A DNA stretch of 64,000 bases from Flaccisagitta enflata (Eukaryota): the NCBI GenBank assembly GCA_965153355.1, contig OZ231126.1, forward strand, positions 34,224,001 to 34,288,000, written 5' to 3'. The position numbers were made by a program, and so were the translations under genes. This document shows, piece by piece, positions 12,306 to 25,742 of this stretch (position 1 is its first letter; every line of letters starts with the position of its first letter). The notes under the pieces were generated by a model. It was not told where the DNA came from. It did not search any database and saw nothing but the letters and a program-made list of their open reading frames with translations.

Positions 12306-13028
12306 TATCGTAAAATAAAACGACAAAGGCTGTCCTTTAACTTAAAGATTAAGGGTTGGGGGCAAAGCGAGAATGTGCGGAAGGAAAATATGGTGCTAAG
12401 GCAGCCACATGAAATATTTGAAGAAAAAAGTAAAAAATTGTAGAATGATGCTTTTTCATGTCGACATTCAAGATCAATACGGGAACAATACGGGGGTTTG
12501 GAGTGGAAGGAGGGAGTACAACTTGTGGTGACTGGTGTAGATAGAAAAATTCGACAGGAGAGAAATTGAAGGTTTGGGAGGGAACGAACTAAAAAAATTC
12601 TGTAGACTCAAGCAAAACAGCATAAAAAGTCACCATGGGCTGAAAAAAAAGCGAACAATAGAGGTGGAGAATAAAACCTGGGATACATAGAATGGCGTAA
12701 GACTTTTTCTTCTCCCAGAGACTTTACACGTTCAAAGATCACCGAGTTTCCGTGTTTCCCCTTTGAAAAGATAATCTTCTTCGCGGAGGGAAAAAGGAAA
12801 AAAAATTCCCTAAAACGACAAAAACCTTTCAACAAAAGAAGTAGAAACAGAAAGGAACAGCGCAAAAATACAGAATGGCACTTTTTATATGTTTCTTTTC
12901 CTTCTCTCTGCTTGTGTATCTTTATGCGACTTTTCTTCTTGTTTTTTTTTCCTCTTTCTTTTTAGAATTTGCGATACTTTTCTTCTCCTCTTTATTCTTT
13001 TGTTCTAACACGCGTTCCAGCGACATTA

Positions 13029-13985
13029 CACCGTCTTTGGATCGAAGTGAGTTATTGTAAACCTTTATAAATCCTTAACTACTAGACCAAAAGTCTTCAA
13101 ATTTACAGTGTATGTTAGTGATAAGTGGCAGTTTTGTTTTGCAAAACCTCAGTATCAGTAACTTGATTTATTGAATTCTGCAGACCATTAAAAGAATTAC
13201 TATGTTGAGGGCCTAATCAAAATTTTGCAAAGTGTTCTACAACCGACTTTCTTTATTTGCTTGTCATTTCCAAACCGATTTAGCTAGTACCCTTGGATTG
13301 GTCTCGAATCAAAGAAAACTAGTTGTAGATTATAGTTCTGCTCGAGAATTTTATGATTTCTAGCATTCAAAAAAAACTAAGTTGAATTTTTCATGATTGA
13401 TGTTCCAAATTGAGAGAATGACTGACTCAAATCTACTAAGACTTTGTTAAAAGTCCCAATTTTTCCTGTTTGGCATCAAGACACAATTTATGTTAGAAAT
13501 ATCTATCATTTGACACCGACCTCAAGGTGCTAGCTCAATTCTTATAAAGATTTCAAGCAAATAAAGACAGTTTCTCAAAAGAAATACTGCATAACAAGGC
13601 CGGATACACGGCTACCAAAGTCGCGTGCGGGTGGGCAGGGGCCATATTTGAGGTCACCAGACCATTTGGGCAGGAGCTGTGAGGTCAATGAAATAAAATC
13701 GTAAAAAAAAGTAAAGTGTGACCAACCAACCGACCAACCGACCAACTGACGGACAAAGCGAGTTGTAGAGTCGCGTGCACGCGACTAAAAAAATTGATTT
13801 GGCCCCCAAAAGAGCAATTCCTTTAATTTTTTGTAAACTTCAACCAATCAAGTCCTTAATATTGAAGTTTTGCAAAACAAAACTATCAGTTATTACCAAC
13901 ATACACTGAAAATTTGAAGACTTTTGGTCCGGTAGTTAGGGAATTATAAAGATTTACAATAACGCACTTCGATCCGAAGACTTTG
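13029..13985. mobile_element. MITE with ~125-bp TIRs and TA TSD (Tc1/mariner-like)
   Basis: TA|CACCGTCTTTGGATCGAAGTG... and ...CACTTCGATCCGAAGACTTTG|TA; inverted homology 13029-13160 vs 13857-13985. Confidence 0.85.
13593..13790 (-). mobile_element. HINE-like element nested in the MITE
   Basis: AACAAGGCCGGATACACGGC ... AGTCGCGTGCACGCGACTAAAA. Confidence 0.9.
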
Positions 13986-14049
13986 TACTAGGGGCTGTTG
14001 GCATATGGTTCATCAGATGATCTGTCAATGTGGCTTTTATCAATGAGCA

Positions 14050-14249
14050 TTTTTAGTCGCGTGCACGCGACTCTACACCCCGCTTTGTCCGTCCGTCCAT
14101 CGGTCGGTCTGTTGGTCCGTCACACTTTTACTTTTATCAATTTTATTTCTTTAAGTCATTTTAAGTCATTTTAGGGTATACTAAGTTATTCTAAGTCATT
14201 CTAAGTCAATCTGTAAGTCTCGCACGCGACTTATAGGTGTTGGCCTTGT
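14050..14249 (+). mobile_element. Minimal HINE-like element of the GGTGTTGGCCTTG subfamily
   Basis: TTTTTAGTCGCGTGCACGCGACTCTA, (GTCC)n, about 6 TAAGTCATT(T/C) units, CGCACGCGACTTATAGGTGTTGGCCTTG. Confidence 0.9.
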
Positions 14250-14737
14250 ATCTATCAAATTTGGTTCTCTCTGATCGCACATGGCCTTATCGTGGCGGCT
14301 ATATGTCTGTTGGTCTTTCAAACTTTGCTTTTTCTGCGTTTATGGGCGTAATGATGGTACATTTACTGATTCGTTGGTAAGGCTCTTACTGAAATGCATT
14401 ACCTTATTCCTACTGTCTGTCAGTTTCTCTGCTGTTTCTGCCCAATCGCACACGGCTGATTTTGGCTATGCTGGCTTTGTTCATTTCTTTTCCGATTTTT
14501 TTTCATCTGTTTTCTGATCTCCTTTTTATCCTCACTTTCCTTTTTTTTTTGTTTTTTTGTCCCTTTCATTTTTTTTTCTTTTCTCGATCTCTCTCACATT
14601 TTCTCCGCCGTTTAAGAAAAGAAGGCAGAAAAATGGGCCAAGAGTCTTGTCGCTTTCAACCTCCGTCCTGGCTTCTGTGTCAACACGACGAGATATAAAA
14701 TGGCAATAAAAGGATTTTCCAAAGATATGAGCCGCAA

Positions 14738-15597
14738 GGCATGCAAAGGCGTCTATGAGAGCAAAGGAAAACATGTGACAGCGTGTGAGAGTGAAAGGAA
14801 GAATGCGATGGCATGCGAAGGCGTCTAAGAGAGCACAGGAAAGCATGTGACAGCGTGTGAGAGAGAAAGAAAGCAGGTGAAGGCATGTAAAGGCGTCTAA
14901 GAGGCCACAAGAAAGCATGTGACAGCGTGTGTGGGTGAAAGAAAGCAAATGCTTGCATGCGAAGGAGTCTGAGAGAGCACAGGAAAGCTTGTGACAGCGT
15001 GTGAGAGTAAAAGAAGGCTTGTGATGGCATGCCGCATGCAAAGGCGTCTGAGAGATCACGGAGAAGCATGTGACAGCGTGTGAGAATGAAAGAAAGCATG
15101 CGACGGTATGCAAATGCGTCTAAGAGAGCACAGGAAAGCATGTGAGAGCGTTTGAGAGAGAAAGAAAGCATGTGACGGTATGCAAAGGCGTCTAAGAGAG
15201 CACAGGAAAGCATGTGACAGTGTGTGAGAGTGGAAGAAAGCATGCGACGGTATGCGACGGTATGCAAAGGCGTCTAAGAGAGCACAGGAAAGCATGTGAC
15301 AGCGTGTGAGAGAGAAAGAAAGCAGGTGATGGCATGTGAAGCTGTCTAAGAGAGCACAGGAAAGCATGTGACAGTGTGTGACAGTGAAAGAAAGCAAGTG
15401 ATGACATGGGAGGACGTCTGAGAGAGCACGGGAAAGCATGTGACAGCGTGTGAGAGTGAAAGAAAGCAAGTGATGGCATGCGAAGGCGTCTGAGAAAGCA
15501 CAGGAAAGCATGTGACAGCGTGTGAGAGTGAAAGAAAGCAAGTGATGGCATGCGAAGGCGTCTAAGAAAGCACAGGAAAGCATGTGACAGCGCGTGA
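14738..15597. repeat. 72-bp minisatellite, ~12 copies
   Basis: AAGGCGTCTAAGAGAGCACAGGAAAGCATGTGACAGCGTGTGAGAGTGAAAGAAAGCAAGTGATGGCATGCG; gives the 24-aa periodicity in the ORF track. Confidence 0.95.
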
Positions 15598-15955
15598 AAT
15601 GGATACTTGGATGTACCAAACAGACAAAGTAACTGACAGACCGACGCATAGATAAAGAGCGACACGCAGAGAAACGAAAAAAGGAAGGAACATAACGATG
15701 TGGGCAGACAGAACAACAGATAGATATAGAGCGACACGTAGAGAAACGAAAAAAAGGAAGGAACATAACGGTCTTGGCAAAACAGGAAGGGAAAGAAAAT
15801 AGAGGTCGGCCTACATAAGAAGTCTCGCGGGAATTGTAGAAATAGTATTGACTGTTGCGCTTTTTTAGTTTTGGGCCGGTGGTATCAACACCACTCCACA
15901 CACACACGCACGTACGCACGCACGCACGCACAGACGCACACACACAGACACACAG

Positions 15956-16105
<150 letters not shown>

Positions 16106-16220
16106 ACACACGCGTCGAGTACACACGCACGCGAGCACCCCATGTTGGAATAAAAGAATCTTTTTGTTCATTTTCCCACCATTAGAAAATAAGGCATACT
16201 CGGCTGTCAACGATTACAAT

Positions 16221-16262
<42 letters not shown>

Positions 16263-16410
16263 GCGTGCGTGGAAGCCTCCCAGCCTCTTTCTTTGTTTTC
16301 AACGACGATCGCGATAACATTGAGATAGATCATGTATTTGCGCCTCTTTTTTTTTTTCTTTCTTCTTTTTTTGTTTTCTGTGTATCTCGACGGCTCTTTT
16401 GCCGCTAAAG

Positions 16411-16535
16411 CCACTACTACCACCACCACCGCGGTCACCGCGATCACCAACACCAACATTACTGCGGCCATCTCCACCACCACAGCCACCACCACCACCA
16501 CCACCACCACCACCACCACCACCACCACCACCATC
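16411..16535. repeat. (ACC)n-rich trinucleotide repeat
   Basis: Pure ACC run ~16487-16532 with degenerate flank. Confidence 0.9.
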
Positions 16536-16842
16536 CCCATCGCAGCCACTGCCAGCTTTGCTTAGGGCGTCATCGTCGAGGCGTTGTTGTGTATCCCGAA
16601 GTGTATCGCCTTCAATCCATTCATAGTCTTCCTTACTCCTCTCCCCTCCTCTTCTTCTTCCCCCTCTTCTTCTGCTTTCTCTTTCTTCCTTCTCCCCTAC
16701 CCCAACCTTCTAGGCGGGGAAATGGTAAAAGTAAGTTATTACGGCTGTTAATAGCCGACCTGTCAGTTTTCTCGTGATAAACTTGCCCATCTATTATCTC
16801 ATCGCCGCAACGAGACTGTATCGAGACAGTGTGACACACTCA

Positions 16843-16928
<86 letters not shown>

Positions 16929-17482
16929 GTTTTCCATTTCTTGATGTCAACGTCTCCAATCTGTTACTCCAGAATGAAAATAAAGGAATAGAATTGTATA
17001 TGAGTGAATAGACACAGCCTCATTTTGATCGTTTTCACGCTGCATTCCAGTTTTAACCGCATCGTGACTGGTTATTACCGACAATTTATGTCGCGTTTGG
17101 TGCTTCCTACTTAGTTACACGATTCCACAAGATCAATCCGTCTGTTTGTCGGTCGGTTTGAACGTCCTCTCACGTTCCTTTTTACGGCGCATGTCCACCC
17201 CAACATCGGCCTGAGCGTGAAGCCAAACCTGAGCCTGATCCTACGTTTAATCTTCTGCTTCAGTCTCAGCCACCGCCAAAGCTGACAGTCTCAGCCAAGA
17301 AGCGACTTTTACTGCCATATATCCCGGACTAAATTGGTACGCTGTGTAGTGTGTACCGATTTCCGACTTCATCATCGTCTTTTTTTTTTCAGTCACCACG
17401 CAATACAGAAAAATGAGTCAACAAAAGAAAAAAATGAGTAAACAATAGGAAGAACGGGTAAACAAAAAGAGTGAGTAAACAA

Positions 17483-19820
17483 AACAAGGCCAACACCTAT
17501 AAGTCGCGTGCGAGACATAAACAACTGAATTGACCTGACTCCTTATTGTATCTTTTTAATCAACATGACTGAATAGGGAGAAATATAAGAAATGAATAAA
17601 ATGATTTGATTGACTAGATTGACTTGAATGAGGTATTGGAGGCTGTGGAAACCCACCCAATTACAGGCCGGGACGAATAGAAAAAGTGGTGACTTTTGTA
17701 ATTGAGTCAAATTAATCAACCCTATCAACCCAATCAATGAAAAATGACTAAAGCAGATTTAAACCAGACTTTAACCAGCAGACCTTGACCAGCAGACTTA
17801 AACCAGCAGACTTAAACCAGCAGACTTAAGCCAGCAGACTTAAACCAGCAGACTTAAACCAGCAGACTTAAACCAGCAGACTTAAACCACCAGACTTAAA
17901 CCACCAGACCATATCCAGCAGACTTAAACCAGCAGACTTAAACCAGCAGACTTAAACCAGCAGACTTAAGGCAGACTTAAACCAGCAGACCTAAACCAGC
18001 AGACTTAAACCAGCAGACTTAAACCAGCAGACTTAAACCAGCAGATTTAAACCAGCAGACTTAAACCAGCAGACTTAAACCAGCAGACTTAAACCAGCAG
18101 ACTTAAACCAGCAGACTCAAACCAGCGGACTCAAACCAGCAGACTTAAACCAGCAGACTTAAACCAGCAGACTTAAACCAGCAGACTTAAACCAACAGAC
18201 CTAAACCAGCAGACTTAAACCAGCAGACTTAAACCAGCAGACTTTAACCAGCAGACTGTAACCAGCAGACTTTAACCAGCAGACATAAACCAGCAGACTT
18301 TAACCAGCAGACCTAAACCAGCTGACTTAAACCAGCCGACTTAAACCAGCTGAGTTAAACCAGTCAACTTAAACCAGCCAACTTAAACCAGCCAACTTAA
18401 ACCAGCCAACTTAAACCAGCAGATTTAAACCAGCAGACTTAAACCAGCAGACTTAAACCAGCAGACTTAAACCAGCACACTTGAAATAACATAAATGACC
18501 AAAACATACCAATAAACATAAATGACCAAAACATACCAAAAAACATAAATGACCAAAAAAACCAAAAAAACAAAAACCAAAAAACCAAAAAACCAAAAAC
18601 CAAAAGGCCAACACCTTATAACAAAACACCAAAAAAACAAAAAAAAAAAAACAAAACCAAAAACCAAAAAAAAACAAAAAAACAAAAAAAAAAAACAAAA
18701 ACCAAAAAAACTAAAAAACTAAAAAACAAAAAACCACAAAACCACAAAACCAAAAAACCAAAAAACCAAAAAACCAAAAACCAAAAACGATTAACCAAAA
18801 TCCAAAAAACCAAAAACCAAAAACCAAAAACCAAAAACCAAAAACCAAAAACCAAAAAACCAAAAAACCAAAAACTTCAATGACCAAAACATACCCAAAA
18901 ACCAATAACCAAAAAAACAAAAACATCAATGACCAAAACATACCAAAAAACCATTAAAAATGACCAAAAATGACCTGAAATGTCCCAAAATAACTTAAAA
19001 CTACTTTAAATGCCCAAAAATGCCACAAATGACCTAAATGAACAAAGTGACGTAAGTAATCAAAAATGATCAAAAATGACTAAAAGCAATGAAAAATGAC
19101 CAAAAACAACTAAAAAATGACTCAAAATAACTCCAGAAGACCCAACCAACATAAAATGATTCAAAATGACTCAAAATGAGATGTAGTACAAAAATGAAAA
19201 AATGGCTCAGAATGACTCCGAATGACTCAGAATGACTCAGAATGACTCAGAATGACTCAGAATGACTCAGAATGACTCAAAATGACTCACAATGACTCAA
19301 AATGACTCAAAATATTTCAAAATACTCGAAGAGATATAGTACAGAAATTAAAAAATGGCTCAGATTGACTCAAAATGACTCAAATTGACTCTAAATGACT
19401 TAAAATGATTCAAAATCATTAAAAATGAGACGTAGTACAAAAAAGAAAAATGGCTCAAAATAACTTAGAATGACGCAAGATGACTTAAAATGGTTCAAAA
19501 TGACTTAAAAACACAAAAAATGACTTAAAATGACTCAAAACGACTCAAAATGAGACGTTGTACAAATATGCAAAAATGACTCAGAATGACTCAGAATGAC
19601 TCAGAATGACTCAGAATGACTCAGAATGACTCAGAATGACTCAGAATGACTCAGAATGAATCAGAATGACTTAAAATGGTTTAGAATGACTTATAATGAC
19701 TAAAAATGACTAAAAATGACTTAAAAACTGGCAATGTATAGAAAAAAGTAACAAGGGGATGGACGGACAAAGGGACGGACCGACAAAGCGGAGTATAGAG
19801 TCGCGTGCACGCGAATAAAA
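17483..19820 (-). mobile_element. Full-length 2.3-kb satellite-bearing HINE-like element
   Basis: AACAAGGCCAACACCTATAAGTCGCGTGCG; (TTAAACCAGCAGAC)n ~17750-18480; (AAAACC)-rich ~18480-18960; (AGAATGACTC)n ~19200-19725; GAGTCGCGTGCACGCGAATAAAA. Confidence 0.92.
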
Positions 19821-19966
19821 ACTCACAACAATTATATCTTCCCTAGATGACACATTGATGTTGACGTTGCTCGTTGATGTCGTTACTCTTCCGGTCTCCA
19901 CGGCGCCGTAGTTTATGCAATTTGATACGATTGCAAACGTTGCAAAAAAAAGGCGACGGTATGAAA

Positions 19967-20483
19967 AACAAGGCCAACACCTTTGAGTCGTGTGCCGGAC
20001 ATAAACAAGTGACGCGGGGTCACAATATTGTTGCGTACAGGTGGGCAGGGGCGGCCAACCCTCATCCACACCCAACGCCCCACCCAACCCCCTCCCCAAC
20101 ACAGACACATACACAAAAAGGTTCTAAAACGCTCGTTTTCTCACTTTTCGACTCGTGCTGAGGGACCAATGGATGGACCAATGGACAAATGGACCAATGG
20201 ACCGACGGCGAACGGACGGGCAAAGCCTCTTATAGAGTTTTGTGGCCGCAACTGAAAACTAAAGATGAGTAAAGCTGACTTTAAATGACCTGATATGACT
20301 TAGAATGACTTATAATGGCATTTGGGAAGGAGTTGTGAGCCCAAAAAGCTTAAAAACGCCAAAAAAAAGTAAAAAGGGGACAGACCGACCTACCGACAAA
20401 TCGACTGACCGACCGACCGACCGACCGACCGACCGACCGACCGACAAAGCGGGGTATTGAGTCGCGTAGCACGTGACTAAAAA
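19967..20483 (-). mobile_element. HINE-like element interrupted by another HINE
   Basis: AACAAGGCCAACACCTTTGAGTCGTGTG start; resumes ~20260 with AATGACT units, (GACC)n and GAGTCGCGTAGCACGTGACTAAAAA. Confidence 0.8.
20004..20258 (-). mobile_element. HINE-like element, GTGAC-stem subfamily (nested)
   Basis: AACAAGTGACGCGGGGTCAC stem-loop, GTTGCG subTIR, CCTCTTATAGAG...CCGCAACT end; homologous to 24442-25742. Confidence 0.8.
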
Positions 20484-20689
20484 CCACTCCGAATCGGAAT
20501 GTTGTATCAACGTCTATTCACCAATCTCTCTATCTCTCTTTTTTCTGCCCTCTCTTTTTCTTTATTTCCCTCTCTTTTATTCTGTCTTTCTTTCATTCTT
20601 TCTTTAGCTTCTTTCCTTATCTTTTATTTTTGTTTCTCTCCCACTTTCTTTGTTTGTTTCTTTGTTCCTTCGTTTCTTTGTTTCTTTGT

Positions 20690-20698
20690 ATCTCTGTT

Positions 20699-20781
<83 letters not shown>

Positions 20782-20867
20782 GTCTTTCTTTCGTTCTGTC
20801 TTTCTTTCTTTCGTTCTGTCTTTCTTTCTGTCTATCTTTCTTTCTCACTTTCTTTCTTTCGTTCTTT

Positions 20868-20939
<72 letters not shown>

Positions 20940-21055
20940 TCCTTCTTTTTCTCATCTTTCTTTCTTTCGTTCTGGGTTTCTTTCTATCTATCTTTCTTTC
21001 TCGCTTTCTTTCTTTCGTTCTTTTCTTTCTTTCCCACTTTCTTTCTTTCTTTCAT

Positions 21056-21103
<48 letters not shown>

Positions 21104-21192
21104 TCGTTCTGTCTTTCTTTCTATCTATCTTTCTTTCTCGCTTTCTTTCTTTCGTTCTTTTCTTTCTTTCCCACTTTCTTTCTTTCTTTCAT

Positions 21193-21227
<35 letters not shown>

Positions 21228-21245
21228 CTCTTTCTTTCCTTCTTT
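20690..21245. repeat. (CTTT)n compound microsatellite with internal higher-order duplications
   Basis: CTTT tract; interruptions such as CTATCTATCTTTCTTTCTCGC recur; a second CTTT tract lies at ~39410-39680. Confidence 0.95.
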
Positions 21246-21693
21246 TTCTCATCTTTTTTTCTTCTTTTTTTTCCTGATGTATTTCATCTCGTCTTCCCCT
21301 GCGATATAGCGTCAACTGAGGCGAGCTGCCATCGTTTGTCACCTGGAGTTAGTTGCCATCAAAAAAAAGTACTCGTCGTTGGCCACCTCATCAAATGAAA
21401 GTGTGGGTGGGACCACGTAGGCATCAAGGTGCCACTTACACCGCCACCACTACCATCACCACCAACACAACCTGTCACCTAACCAAATGAAAATGTTGGG
21501 TAAATCACGCTGGCGTCGGTATCGAATTTCACTACCACGGCCCTAAACAACAACATCACCACCTTCACATTTACCTGCCACCTTACTACCTTAGCAAATA
21601 TGTGGATGGGATCGAGAAGGCTTTGGTTCGGGATGTCGCCACATCTAGCACCACCGCCACCATCATTGACCACCGATGCAACACCAACCAACC

Positions 21694-22368
21694 CAGCAAA
21701 TGTGTAAGCATGTTCGCCGTGGTCACCACCACCAGCTAAATCGCAACCACCAACCAACTTCCTCACCACCTGCCATTTCAGCAAATGTGTAGGCATGCTC
21801 GCCGTGGTCATCACCACAGCTACATCGCAACCACCGACAACCTTCCTCACCACCTGCCATTTCAGCAAATGTGTAGGCATGCTCACCGAGGTTATCACCA
21901 GCTACATCTCAACCACCTACCACCTTCAACACCACCTTCCATTTCAGCAAATGTGTAGGCATGCATGCCGAGGCCATCACCACCATCTACATCGCAACCA
22001 CCAACCACCTTCCTCACCACCTGCCATTTCAGAAAATGTGTAGGCATGCGTGCCGAGGCCATCACCACCATCTACATCGCAACCACCAACCACCTTCCTC
22101 ACCACCTGCCATTTCAGCAAATGTTTAGGCATGCATGCCGAGGCCATCACCACCAGTTACATCGCAACCACCAACCACCCCCCTCACCACCTGCCATATC
22201 AGCAAATGTGTGGGCATACTCTCCGAGGTCACCACCATCTACATCGCAACCACCTACCACCTTCCTCACCACCTGCCATTTCAGCAAATGTGTGGCTCAT
22301 GCTCTCCGAGGTTATCACCACCATCTACATCGCAACCACCTACCACCTTCCTCAACACCTGCCATTTA
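21694..22368. repeat. ~85-bp minisatellite, ~8 copies
   Basis: CAGCAAATGTGTAGGCATGC...CATCACCAC...TACATCGCAACCACC...CCTTCCTCACCACCTGCCATTT units. Confidence 0.95.
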
Positions 22369-23008
22369 AGCCAAAGCATAGGTTTGATCGTTGAGGCATT
22401 GGAGCGTGATGACGATCATTCAATGGCAAAGCGCTTGTGTCTGATGATGGGCTGATGGTGCAGAATGTGGATAAAAAAAAGGACGAAACATTCTTGGTAA
22501 CTTTGGTAAAAGGTAACCGATCATAGCTGGTTAAAAAGAAGGGGAAAGAAAATAAAGGGGAAAAAGAACAACAAGGCCAATTGAAGTCCCGCGCGGTACC
22601 CTTTTTGTCAAAAAGTGACTTAAGGCTGACCTGCATGGGGTAAAGAAATGCGTCCGGGGTTATACGGTGATGATGGCGAAGAAAAACTGAATGCAAACGA
22701 TGCTCACCTCCGTGATGACTGACCGACTAGCAGAAAAATCGTGAAAACGAATTATATTCTAAAGACGCTCATACAGACTGACCGATAGAAAGTGGCTGAA
22801 AGACAGATTGCACGGTGAGGTTCTATTATATGACTCGCAACATGATGTTCTATCATGTGACTCGCATCATGATGGAGCACATACAGTAGAAAGAAACATG
22901 AAGGAAATCGGGCGAGTTTGGGATCCCTCGGTGAGGCTCACAGCTTCTCTCACCTTAAATCAGAAATTCCGCGTACATTTCCAGGTCGGTAAGAAGAAAG
23001 TATGGCAG

Positions 23009-23058
<50 letters not shown>

Positions 23059-23204
23059 CGGGAAGATAAATTGGCTCGATACCATCGTGTCGATCTTGGC
23101 AAACGCCAGAATTGGATGGATTTTGTGAGTGAGAGTTGAGATGTAGATGGATGAACATATTTATAACGGAAAGGCGAAAATCACCAGTAGAGCGAAAAAT
23201 GCTA

Positions 23205-23615
23205 CTACGCGAATAAAAAAAAAAGCCGCACCCTTTTGTAACTAAGTGAAAGAAACACAAGAAATCAATTCAAAATTTTTTTGTTCAATTCATTTGAAAG
23301 ATTTTTGAATTTTCTTTCATTCTAGACCAATCCCAGGTCTGTATCTCAAACCGTTTAGGAGATAGAGCTTGCCAAAGTGAACCTCTCTTTTGCAAAAATG
23401 CTCATTTTTCAATAGGATTACAAAACTGAAAGTGGCAATGTTTTTACTCTTTTTCATGCCATTTCTAAACGAATAAAGCTAGAAATACCAGATTGGAGCC
23501 AAATGAAAGATCTTTTTGAGATCTTCAAAATGGTCTAAGATTTTGTTTGATTATTTTGAAGTTTGATATGATAAATTGCCATTTAAAAGTGCGGCTTTTT
23601 TTTTTATTCGCGTAG
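23205..23615. mobile_element. ~410-bp MITE with TA TSD (Tc1/mariner-like)
   Basis: TA|CTACGCGAAT(A)nGCCGCAC ... GTGCGGC(T)nATTCGCGTAG|TA; inverted relative at 35865-36274. Confidence 0.9.
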
Positions 23616-24441
23616 TACACCATAAGAGCCAACATGTTCAAGCCGGCCTACGCACTCTATCATTGAGATGCGCGTTTCAACACATGATGCACCTGTGAAT
23701 GTGGAAGAGTGTGTTAAACAGCATACATGAAAAAAGACCTACGATCAACCTACAGCTGAAAAGTTTTAACTCTATGAGTGATGCCAAGGGAACCACTCCA
23801 GCTGAAGAGAATGCGTAGTGCTGGTTCAAGAGATGCTATTCAACTGAATCAGTGTCAATCCCGCTTGCGCCTTTTAGACATAAACTCGAGCACATTTGCG
23901 CACGCACGCACGCACGCAAAACTTTGGAAAGTGTTTTTTTCTGAGTCTGTTGGTGTTGTAAAGTTCACGAATGAATGTGGTAAATCAAAGATATATGACA
24001 TTCAAAAAGGCAGAAAACAGTGATACATTGTGTTTATTTATTTTGTGTTTACCACGCGGTCTGCTTGCGGCCCAGAGCAGAAATCTACATCCAAAGCTGG
24101 AAAGTAGTACAAGTTCAACCGATTCTGCTAAGAGTGTTTATGATGTTTGCATTAACTTTTAGAGGTGCGGCGTTTGAAAACCCAAAACGGTGTCTTATGC
24201 GTCAGTGCGTGTGCTCTACTGTCATTGACGGTTTGGATTGTGAAATCATCAGTTCAATCATGAAAGAAGCGCAACGAACGGCTGGTCGGTCTTTAAATTC
24301 ATTGAATAAATCGGCACATTATTAAAAGTGCCCGATAAAAAGAAATATTTTATTTTCTGTCATTTGCTCCCGTTGTTAAGCTATCGAGCAAACGTTTGTT
24401 AGGTTTCAACATGTCTGATGAGAATTCGGAACATTTTCAAA

Positions 24442-25742
24442 TACAAGTGACGCGGGGTCACAATATCGTTGTGGACGGGCGGGCATGGTCATCCAACCCT
24501 CAGCCTCACCCTGACTCCCTCTCAACACCCCCCTCCACAAATACACGCATCCGAATGCGCATTTTTACAACTTTTTACTTGTGCGTTGAGGACTGATCGG
24601 TCTAATATCCGCTAGCCCAAAACCCTTTGAAAAAAAAAAAAATTAACCCGTCTCCAAATTTTTGCATACTAGTCCTAAAAAAGGTGTAGATTGAGAATAT
24701 CAACTTTATTTTACCCGATTGCGAGCCGAAAAAATTAGAAACACTTTTTTTGGCCAAAAATGGTGGTTTTTTGAGATAAACAGCATGAAGATACATCTCT
24801 GAAGAGGTAACATGCCCTGGTAATGATAAATAATCATCTGCTGAATATTTGTGAGAAATTTCACGAAATTTTGTTAACGTTAAGATGCCTAAAATGCATT
24901 ATTAAACTCCAAAAATCAAAAAAATCAGCCTTGATGAAGAGATAATGTCTAAAAAAGCTCATGGGATGTTAGAAATCATAAAAATATACTTCCCCACAAA
25001 TTTTCAGGCATACCTGATGAATATTGGACGAATTATAACCAAAAAACCAAATTACGACAATATGCAAATGAGCTTTTGGGCGAAAATTGCTTAAAAAAAG
25101 AAAAAGAAAGCTTGCTAGGTTTTAAGAAGGTTAACAGAGCTATAACCATCATATTTTGGCAAGAAACAGCGATTTTGTGGGTTTTTAGCAATTTTCGCCC
25201 AAAAGCTCATTTGCATATTGTCGTAATTTGATTTTTTGGTTACAATTCGTCCAATATTCATCAGGTATGCCTGAAAATTTGGGGGAAGTATATTTTCATG
25301 ATTTCTAACATCCCATGAGCTCTTTTAGACATTATCTTTTCATCAAGGCTGATTCTTTTGATTTTTGGAGTTTAATAATGCATTTTAGGCATCTTAACGT
25401 TGACGAAATATTGTCAAATTTCTCACAAATATTCAGCAGATGATTATTTATCAATACCAGGGCATGTTACCTCTTCAGAGATGTATCTTCATGCTGTTTA
25501 TTTAAAAAAACCACCAATTTTGGCCAAAAAAAGTGTTTCTAATTTTTTCGGCTCGCAATTGGGTAAAATAAAGTTGATATTCTTAATCTACACCTTTTTT
25601 AGGACTAGTATGCAAAAATTTGGAGACGGGTTAATTTTTTTTTTTCAGAACTCTTAAAATTGAGCTTTTGGGCTAGCGGATATTAGACCGTGATGGACGG
25701 ACCAACAGACCTCTTATAGAGTTGCATATCCGCAACAAAAAA
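24442..25742 (-). mobile_element. HINE-like element (GTGAC-stem subfamily) split by a foldback insertion
   Basis: ACAAGTGACGCGGGGTCAC at 24442; remainder GGACGGACC..CCTCTTATAGAGTTGCATATCCGCAACAAAAA at 25695-25742. Confidence 0.8.
24598..25690. mobile_element. 1.09-kb foldback element with ~500-bp arms and 4-bp TSD (TGAT)
   Basis: TGAT|CGGTCTAATATCCGCTAGCCCAAAA ... TTTTGGGCTAGCGGATATTAGACCG|TGAT; arms near-identical around a ~90-bp spacer (~25096-25182). Confidence 0.95.

Noticed and set aside
20499-21398. 299-aa hydrophobic 'membrane protein'
   Set aside because: (CTTT)n translation; the same applies to 39328-39867.
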